From Candidatus Latescibacterota bacterium (GTDB taxonomy: Bacteria > Latescibacterota > UBA2968), in the NCBI GenBank assembly GCA_038279365.1, contig JAYODI010000030.1:32164-57332 (forward strand): a stretch of DNA of 25,169 nt, in the 5' to 3' direction. The first letter of the stretch is position 1. Each line of letters starts with the position of its first letter. The position numbers were made by a program, and so were the translations under genes. Shown here piece by piece: positions 16,405 through 23,457 of the stretch. Below the pieces are notes generated by a model. The model worked only from the letters and a program-made list of their open reading frames with translations. It had not been told where the DNA came from and did no database searches.

Positions 16405-17694
16405 TCAATGAGAAGTAGCAATCAAATTGAGCGGCTGGTTTTTAAACAACTGTTCCAATTGACCGTGTTGTTGAATGTCCTGGGCATAATGTGATACGTG
16501 TTGGGTCGGATTGAGAATGAACGCCTGCCAACGTCGTGCCAGAGCTTGACTGGCAAAACGAGGGTTATGCTTGGCAAAACCCTCAAAATAAAGATCTCCT
16601 CCAGTGACCTGTGTCCATACCACCAACGCAGCTGCAACCCCCTGAGCAAAAGCCGTGTTTTCCTCTAACCGATCGCCATGACGAGCGACAAATTGGGCCA
16701 CAATTTCAGGGTGACGCATGTTGACCAGCACAAGAGGCCACGCCAACCCAGAGATCACATTTTCGCGAGCCAGATCATGGGGGGGGCGCAAGGGCATCAG
16801 CGCACCTGCACGCCAAGATATACTTGAGCGTGGCACAAAATAGGCGCCACGACCGACACCATGCCAAAAAAAGGCGAGCCAATCGGGATTCATAATAGAT
16901 ATTTGGTGGTCAAAACGCAGGCGCAGTGCGGGCAAAAATGTTTGCGCAACAAGACCAAGGGCTTCAAACGCAATGCCAAAACACCCAGGCTGAGCATTTT
17001 GGGTGCACAAATCAGCAAAACGGCGCAATGCATCGTCTATTTGAGCCGTAGATGCATTGGGGGTGAGCGTGGCAAAACACCGTTTGGCCAACGACAAACC
17101 CATCCCAGCATGAAGCGGCACAACAGCGTGGCTGGGCAAAGGCTCAGTCGTAAGGAGTGCTTGTGGTTCTCCCATTTGCCAAGCGCGTTCGGCAACATAG
17201 TGACCCACACCTTCGGTGGCCCACACCGATATGTAAGGATCTAGACCTGCCGCTTTTTCAATGAATACGCCTAAGGGTGCATCTGATTGAGGCGGAATGT
17301 TCAGCACAGAATCAACATATCGAAAGGTGCCAAAACTTTCGAGTTTGTTGGTAAATTCCCGCCAAGCCAACCCATTGCCCATGCCTGGTAGATGTGTGCC
17401 AAATTTTTCGGTCAGACCACACATCAGATCGAACCCTGTTTTGATCACATGCCCCGACTGCAAGCCGTCTTGTGTCATAAGGGCCAACATCGGATCGATG
17501 GTTTCAGCGGTGAGACGATCGCCCGTTTTGAAGGTTTCGCGCATGAGCCGACTTAACTGCGCTTCAGCCCGTGCCAACATATCTTCAACCGGTTTGGACG
17601 TGGTGGGTTGCACCACGGCATCGGCAAGATGCTTCATGCCATACAGTGACATGGTAATCGGCAAGCGCAGCAGAGATTTTGCCAAATGGCGCAT
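16405..17694 (-). CDS. Hypothetical helical protein, paralog of 18748..20100 (possibly DUF1702-like)
   Basis: Starts immediately after the preceding stop (TAG-ATG). Motifs shared with its paralog: LAWREFTNKL, WATEGVGHY, LHAGMGL, FEALGL, FFWHGVGR, GLAWPLVLVNMRHP. Confidence 0.8.
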   Translation of the reverse strand: MRHLAKSLLRLPITMSLYGMKHLADAVVQPTTSKPVEDMLARAEAQLSRLMRETFKTGDRLTAETIDPMLALMTQDGLQSGHVIKTGFDLMCGLTEKFGTHLPGMGNGLAWREFTNKLESFGTFRYVDSVLNIPPQSDAPLGVFIEKAAGLDPYISVWATEGVGHYVAERAWQMGEPQALLTTEPLPSHAVVPLHAGMGLSLAKRCFATLTPNASTAQIDDALRRFADLCTQNAQPGCFGIAFEALGLVAQTFLPALRLRFDHQISIMNPDWLAFFWHGVGRGAYFVPRSSISWRAGALMPLRPPHDLARENVISGLAWPLVLVNMRHPEIVAQFVARHGDRLEENTAFAQGVAAALVVWTQVTGGDLYFEGFAKHNPRFASQALARRWQAFILNPTQHVSHYAQDIQQHGQLEQLFKNQPLNLIATSH

Positions 17695-17958
17695 CTATTT
17701 GGATCCTTCAGATTGGTTGTTTACACCGTTCCACGAAAAATGCCAAACAGCCCAGCGGATAATCTGACTGTCGGTAAATGGAACACCATGTTGGGCTTCG
17801 AGGCCTGTTCGAATATCATTTAAGATTTCACGATCTGTTTCAGAAAGTGCCACCATCAAACCCGTATCTTGCGAAACAGGCAATACGTCTGTCATGGGCA
17901 GGTCAATTTTTTGAATGCCACGCCCTGCTGGTAAGCGTTTTTTTGGGGCATCAGACAT
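17695..17958 (-). CDS. Small ParA partner protein, putative ribbon-helix-helix with an N-terminal basic GRG motif
   Basis: Start overlaps the parA stop (ATGTCTGA). N-terminus KKRLPAGRGI; C-terminal strand-helix-helix pattern LMVALSETDREILNDIR...TDSQIIRWAV. Confidence 0.7.
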   Translation of the reverse strand: MSDAPKKRLPAGRGIQKIDLPMTDVLPVSQDTGLMVALSETDREILNDIRTGLEAQHGVPFTDSQIIRWAVWHFSWNGVNNQSEGSK

Positions 17959-18700
17959 GAGACAAAATCTCCTGCGCTATATCGATAAAAGCACGGGCAC
18001 CCGTTGACCGCGGTGCATAGACAATAACAGGTTGACCGTTTGCCGAAGCCTCATCAATGGCCACATTAACAGCGACATATTTTGTGGTTTTTTTCCCAAA
18101 GTGTGTTTTAATTTCCGACAAAATCTCATTGGCCAAAGCGGTTCTGCGATACATCATCGGAATAACATGGGCAATATCGAGGTCTGGGCGACGAAATCGC
18201 TTTTGAACCGTTTCAATGGCCCACAACACTTGTGATGTACCTTCTAGGGCAAAATGCGCCACCTGAATAGGGAGAATGATATGATGTGCGGCAACCAGCG
18301 CATTGGTGGTAAACAATCCCAAACGAGGAGGACAATCAATAAACACAAATGCATATTGATCTTCAAGGGCATCCAGCGCAACCGAAAGTGCCATTTCTTT
18401 TCCGGGTGCACCACTCATTTCAGCATCGTCAAGGCGCAAATTTGACGGGGCCAAATCCAAATTTTTTATGGGGGTGGCCATAATCACATCTTGGAGTGCT
18501 ACCGTTCCAAGCAACACCTCGCGCATCGTTTGAGGCAATTCGTAGGGCTGAATGCCCAAATGGATACTGGCATTCCCTTGAGGATCGAGATCCACCAAAA
18601 GGGTTTTGTGGCCCTTTTTGGCAAATGCAGCAGCCAGGTTAACAGCGGCGGTGGTTTTTCCAACACCGCCTTTGTTGTTGGCAATGGCGTAAGTGATCAT
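17951..18700 (-). CDS. parA: ParA/Soj family ATPase
   Basis: Deviant Walker A NNKGGVGKTT, A' VDLDPQGN, Walker B FIDCPP, and EAxxxGQP. The ATG at 18700 (MITYAIAN) is preferred to the TTG at 18715. Confidence 0.95.
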   Translation of the reverse strand: MITYAIANNKGGVGKTTAAVNLAAAFAKKGHKTLLVDLDPQGNASIHLGIQPYELPQTMREVLLGTVALQDVIMATPIKNLDLAPSNLRLDDAEMSGAPGKEMALSVALDALEDQYAFVFIDCPPRLGLFTTNALVAAHHIILPIQVAHFALEGTSQVLWAIETVQKRFRRPDLDIAHVIPMMYRRTALANEILSEIKTHFGKKTTKYVAVNVAIDEASANGQPVIVYAPRSTGARAFIDIAQEILSHV

Positions 18701-18717
18701 AGAGAAATAACCCAATA

Positions 18718-18732
18718 GATTGTTTTACAATC
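18718..18732. promoter_or_regulatory. Palindrome GATTGT-N3-ACAATC, candidate operator upstream of parA
   Basis: Perfect 6-3-6 inverted repeat in the short gap between the 450-aa gene and parA. Confidence 0.4.
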
Positions 18733-18747
18733 CATTATCAGTGGTTT

Positions 18748-20100
18748 TTACTGATCGCTCAAAATTTGATCGATGAGCGCAGAAAGATCGCGATAACAAA
18801 AAATATCTCCCAGACGCTGATGTTCTTTGAGAATAGGATAATATTTCCGCAATGCAACTTCGCACGATTGCTGCACCAAACTGTTCCACTTGTCGGCAAA
18901 TGCGGCACCAAATCCATCGGGTGTTGTCATATACAGGTTGTCAATAAAAGGCGCATCAGGTGTGGTGTCTTGTCGCATCATCAATCCAGACATCACACCG
19001 TTTTGAAATCCGTCGCGCTCGTCTTCGTCTTCGACATTTAAATGATGGAGCAAATTGCCAAGAATATGTGGATGACGAACATTAACCATCGTCACACCCC
19101 ACGATAAACCTGCAAAAGCATTTCGCCTTGCCACACGCTCGGTGGCTTCGCGCCGGATCATTTCGATAGGGTGCCAGATCGCGCCATAACCGGGCAAAAA
19201 GTTGATGGGAGAAAAATAGATAGAACGACCCACACCGTGCCAAAAATATCCGTAGGCTTCTGGGTCCATTTCTTCTAACAAATGGCTAATAATCTGAACC
19301 ATTTCATCGGGCCGCGTGTCTCCATAAAATGCCCCACTGCGCGAGATCAGCCCCAAAGATTCGATAGCCGCGCCCTCATATCCGGGTTTTGAATTTTCTT
19401 TGCACAGCAAAATAATTTGTTTGAGCGCCTGGCGAATATCAGAATGTGAACTCAAGTGGTTAATGCCCCGCAAAAAATGCTGGGCAATGGCCATGCCCAC
19501 CCCCGCGTGAAGCATTGTCAAACTGCCATCCCTCACACCTTCAGTCTCAGTGAGCGCATTTTGCGGCACCATGTTGCGCGTCCAAAACGTATCGCCATAA
19601 TAATGTCCCAATCCTTCAACAGCCCACAACGATGGATATTCATCAAGTGCATAGGCACGTTCGACAAGTTCCGACAATGGCGGGTAGGGGGGTGCATCAG
19701 GCAGGTTGAGCGTTTTGGGTACTTGATAGACCAAATTAAACACCGTTAATTTGTTGCGCAATTCCTGCCAAGCCAAACGCCCATCTTTACTTGGCCCAAG
19801 GCTTTTGACCATTTCCAAAGACCAGGCCATAATTTCCGAAGTTGTTTTGGCGGTGCGACGTGGGTCGAGCATGTTCAACATCATATCGGTCACTTCTCGC
19901 TGCAAATCATCACCCACTTGAAACATGCTTTGCATCATATCACCCAGTTGTGACCCCGTTGCCAGTGTGGCGGCATCAAAGGCTTCGGTTGCCGTTTGGG
20001 TTGGCTGTGTCGGATGGGTAACAAGATTGATGATCTGTTTGGCACCAAACAGGGGCACCGCCCAAGCCAGACTTAAAGTGGATTTGGTGAATTCGCGCAT
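18748..20100 (-). CDS. Hypothetical helical protein with shared N-terminal module (possibly DUF1702-like)
   Basis: GGGAGG RBS. Recurrent Gly-centred helices WAVEGLGHY, LHAGVGMA, IESLGL, FWHGVGR and FAGLSWG. Paralog of 16405..17694. Confidence 0.8.
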   Translation of the reverse strand: MREFTKSTLSLAWAVPLFGAKQIINLVTHPTQPTQTATEAFDAATLATGSQLGDMMQSMFQVGDDLQREVTDMMLNMLDPRRTAKTTSEIMAWSLEMVKSLGPSKDGRLAWQELRNKLTVFNLVYQVPKTLNLPDAPPYPPLSELVERAYALDEYPSLWAVEGLGHYYGDTFWTRNMVPQNALTETEGVRDGSLTMLHAGVGMAIAQHFLRGINHLSSHSDIRQALKQIILLCKENSKPGYEGAAIESLGLISRSGAFYGDTRPDEMVQIISHLLEEMDPEAYGYFWHGVGRSIYFSPINFLPGYGAIWHPIEMIRREATERVARRNAFAGLSWGVTMVNVRHPHILGNLLHHLNVEDEDERDGFQNGVMSGLMMRQDTTPDAPFIDNLYMTTPDGFGAAFADKWNSLVQQSCEVALRKYYPILKEHQRLGDIFCYRDLSALIDQILSDQ

Positions 20101-20159
20101 CTATACACCTCCCGTGTAGGGGCGGATGGTTGACAGCTAAAAACTATCAAAAAAGCGAG

Positions 20160-21782
20160 TTATTTCTTGTTATTCTTTGAGCGCATGATAATCCAGAGCA
20201 AAACACTTCCAATCATCGCAAAAACGACGGCGCCTATTTGTTCAAGCCACACCCTAGCCATGCCCGATTGCACCAGGTGATAAACCAGAAGCACAACAGC
20301 AACAAGCAAAATCAAAAGCGAAATGGCCACAGATGATGTGTTGCGCGTTTGGCGATGTTCGGTTGCTTCTTGAATGCGAAAACGCAGTGTTAAATCGCTG
20401 TCTGCGGCTTGGGTAAGCAAAGCATCAAGTTTTTGGGGCAACTCCGAAAAAGATCCTGCGTATTTATTCAAAGCATCAGACCACGATTCTGTGGCAAATG
20501 CGTCCTGAAATTGATCGTTTCTGAGTTGCTCTTGATAAATGATGAGTGCATCGTTAAATGGATCTGCATCAGGTGCAAGTTGGTGTGCTGAAGCACCTAC
20601 CCAAAATAAACCACAGAAAAAATTGAGCAATTCTTTACGCGGTCGATAACCCTGTTCGGTGACCAAACGCCAATGCACAAAAATATGTTCGAGCAAACCA
20701 TCCTGAACACCCAGGTTGCCCCACCCGCCATCGCGAAAAGGGACCACTTGGCGAAACAGATGACGCAGTGTTTTTTCGTCGCAAACCGATGATTTGGCAT
20801 CCATTTCGCGCAGCAAACTTCGACAGGCTTGCTCGGGGTCGTGTTGTGCTGTAGCCGTGAGATAAGACCAAATATTTTCTCGTGTGTTGCTGCTGAGTTT
20901 TAAAAAAGGGCCACTTAGAAACACAACCGATTCATTGGGCAAACCCACAACATAGCGAAGGTGAGCGGCCGTTGTATAAACGCGCCCGTGAAACACTTGC
21001 TGTAGCCAACCCGAACAAAACGAACGGGCCAGCGTGAGGCGTTTTTCACCTGAGTCTGATTGTTTGTTTTGGTCTAAACAACGATCAAACCCTTCAAGGG
21101 TTAACACTTTGTCCCCACATAACATCGGGTAAACAGTGGGAACGCGACACCACTCGGATGTTTGCAGATCTTCTTTGGCAACAAGCAAATTTTCTCTTTC
21201 GCTCACAAAATCCATTTGAAACGTGAGCATGGCTTTAAAGTGCGCCACAACATCGGCAAAGGTTTCCTGCGCAAAACCCAATGCCATAAAAACACGTTCC
21301 AAACTTTCGAGATGACGCCAAACCTCATCGAGCCGATTGTGAACATCGGGGTGCTGGATTTTGACAACCACATCTGCCCCACCATGCATATGCGCATGGT
21401 GCAGTTGGTAGAGTGTATAGACTTGAAAAGGCTCGGGCTCAAAAGTCTCGTAGACTTCAAGAAGTGGACGACCCATTTGTGCCTGAAAAAAAACACCCAG
21501 ATCTTCAAATGATGTGGATCGGGCAACATCGGTGATGTCACCCAATACCAAGCAGCTTGAAATGGGAAACAAATCGGCACGACAAGCCAAATATTGACCA
21601 AAAAGAGCAAAACCCTGACCCAGTTTCTCGAGTGTGTTGCAACATGCCAGATAGGCCGAAGTGTCCATGGCAGACGGGGGTGTAGCCATGCATTTGGACA
21701 TCAGCGCATTCAGCATTTGCGTGATTTCTCGATCACGCAAATCAGATGTTTTTTGTAAAGGTTGCAAGACTGTGTTTGGCAT
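20160..21782 (-). CDS. UbiB/ABC1 (AarF) family pseudokinase with two C-terminal TM helices
   Basis: Colinear with the upstream kinase (LEKLGQGFALFGQYLACRADLFP, VVVKIQHP, MDFVSE, VPTVY, VLTLE) but lacks catalytic motifs. The ATG at 21782 has an AGGA RBS; the ORF track uses a TTG at 21797. Confidence 0.8.
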   Translation of the reverse strand: MPNTVLQPLQKTSDLRDREITQMLNALMSKCMATPPSAMDTSAYLACCNTLEKLGQGFALFGQYLACRADLFPISSCLVLGDITDVARSTSFEDLGVFFQAQMGRPLLEVYETFEPEPFQVYTLYQLHHAHMHGGADVVVKIQHPDVHNRLDEVWRHLESLERVFMALGFAQETFADVVAHFKAMLTFQMDFVSERENLLVAKEDLQTSEWCRVPTVYPMLCGDKVLTLEGFDRCLDQNKQSDSGEKRLTLARSFCSGWLQQVFHGRVYTTAAHLRYVVGLPNESVVFLSGPFLKLSSNTRENIWSYLTATAQHDPEQACRSLLREMDAKSSVCDEKTLRHLFRQVVPFRDGGWGNLGVQDGLLEHIFVHWRLVTEQGYRPRKELLNFFCGLFWVGASAHQLAPDADPFNDALIIYQEQLRNDQFQDAFATESWSDALNKYAGSFSELPQKLDALLTQAADSDLTLRFRIQEATEHRQTRNTSSVAISLLILLVAVVLLVYHLVQSGMARVWLEQIGAVVFAMIGSVLLWIIMRSKNNKK

Positions 21783-21798
21783 TTTGTTCCTAAACAAC

Positions 21799-23457
21799 TC
21801 ACATCAATTTGCGAAGGGTGTTGATCAACAAAAGCCCTGTGACACCCATGACCATGAGTTCAGCTGTAAAAAAGTTGATACCGATAACGGAGGGTTCTCC
21901 TGTTACAATCATAAGTATAGGCATCACCAAAAACACAACGGACAACTGAAGCGCGCGTGATCGCGTCGAGCGATCCGATTCACCGTCTTTGTCACCAATT
22001 TCTATGGGCAAATCTCCCGATGCCAAGCGCTGAATGAAACGGCTGGCACGATAGGCACCATCGCGTAACAAATTGCCACTGGCCTGGGTCATGGCCATCA
22101 AACGGTTGGGCGACATCATTTGCTCAAATGCCTGTGCTTTGAGAAAGCGACTGCACACGGTTTCAAGATAGTGCCCCACATCAAACCCGGGGGAAAAGCG
22201 GGTGATTAACCCATCGATGGCAATAGAGGATCGGATATACTTAATCACATCACGTTCTGGCCAGATATTGGTTTTACGAGACAACAAAAGCATATCGAGC
22301 ATAACCAGCGTGAAGTTTTTTTGAATGCGCGTTTTAGTACCCTGGCCATCATACCATTCTTTGGCATATTCGCGCAGACCCTGGTGAAATCCTTCAAGAT
22401 CGGACGTTTCATCCCATTCGGTCACATGTAAAAATGCTTCAGACATGCTGTCCAAATCTCCTTGGGTATACGCCAACGTCATTTTAATAAGATGCTGACG
22501 CGAATAATTGCTCAGCACCCCCGTAATACCAAAATCAACATATCCAACAATGTTGCCTGGCAAAATGATCAAATTGGCCGGATGCAAATCGGCGTGAAAC
22601 AACCCAAAACGAAAAGCATCTCCCAAAAAATTGTCAATAATGTGTCGTGCAAAAGCTTCTGGTTCAAACCCCTTTTGTTTCAATTGACCAACACGCACAT
22701 GATCATCAGCTTCAAATGCCCGTAAAAAAGTCAGTACCGTAACACCTTCTAAAAATTCAGTAACCAAAATGCGACGGGTGGTGTATTCCCAATACACCGC
22801 GGGCACATGTTCCCAGGCATTTTCTCGGGCGTTGCTTCTCATTTGGCCCATATAACGCGCTTCAAAACGATAGTCGAGTTCTTCATTTGTCCACGATACA
22901 AACTCACTCATCGGTTCAATCATCCAATAGAGCGGTTTCACACGCAACGCACGAATCAAGCGAATGGTTGTGCTCATCAAACTGACATCGCCTGCAAACT
23001 CGACCTCGACCGCGGGCCGACGCACTTTAACAGCCACTTTGCGACCACTGATTGTCGCTATATACACCTGCCCAATGGAGGCCGTTGATATCGGGTTGGG
23101 ATCAAAAGTATCAAATACTTCTTCGGGTGTTTGACCCAAATCTTCTTGAAAGGCCTGCTCAACAAAACGGTAGGGATAAGGGGCAATGCGATCAAGCAAA
23201 TCGGCCAGTTCACGGCAATATGCAAAGGGCAAAATATCGGGCTGTAATGCCAACATTTGACCAAATTTTATAAAGGTGCCACCCATCTCTTCAAGGGCGA
23301 TACGCAATCGTTTGGGCCCCGATAAGGCAACCTCAGGAAAGCGATTGACCAACCACTTTCGACGCATCATATACGGCCCGACCAGTTGATAACATAAGTG
23401 CCGCCCAACAACACCGATAAGGTGTCGCATGCGTCGCAGGTTTTGCCAAAATACCAT
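21799..23457 (-). CDS. UbiB/ABC1 (AarF) family atypical kinase, intact, with two C-terminal TM helices
   Basis: GGTFIKFGQ (KxGQ), TASIGQVY, VAVKV, ELDYRFEA, FHADLHPANL and DFG are present. The start overlaps the upstream stop (TGATG). Confidence 0.95.
   Translation of the reverse strand: MVFWQNLRRMRHLIGVVGRHLCYQLVGPYMMRRKWLVNRFPEVALSGPKRLRIALEEMGGTFIKFGQMLALQPDILPFAYCRELADLLDRIAPYPYRFVEQAFQEDLGQTPEEVFDTFDPNPISTASIGQVYIATISGRKVAVKVRRPAVEVEFAGDVSLMSTTIRLIRALRVKPLYWMIEPMSEFVSWTNEELDYRFEARYMGQMRSNARENAWEHVPAVYWEYTTRRILVTEFLEGVTVLTFLRAFEADDHVRVGQLKQKGFEPEAFARHIIDNFLGDAFRFGLFHADLHPANLIILPGNIVGYVDFGITGVLSNYSRQHLIKMTLAYTQGDLDSMSEAFLHVTEWDETSDLEGFHQGLREYAKEWYDGQGTKTRIQKNFTLVMLDMLLLSRKTNIWPERDVIKYIRSSIAIDGLITRFSPGFDVGHYLETVCSRFLKAQAFEQMMSPNRLMAMTQASGNLLRDGAYRASRFIQRLASGDLPIEIGDKDGESDRSTRSRALQLSVVFLVMPILMIVTGEPSVIGINFFTAELMVMGVTGLLLINTLRKLM

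Noticed and set aside
17695-18700. Calling the region a plasmid, prophage or ICE because of parA
   Set aside because: No rep, integrase, transposase, conjugation or phage genes and no iteron array were seen in the window.
12677-20100. Known organelle types (BMC/carboxysome, encapsulin, gas vesicle, PHA granule)
   Set aside because: No BMC shell, HK97-fold, GvpA or PhaC motifs were recognised, so the compartment idea remains a hypothesis.
21799-23457. Assigning ubiB and ubiquinone biosynthesis
   Set aside because: Family membership is clear, but there is no ubiE/ubiJ context, so orthology is unsupported.
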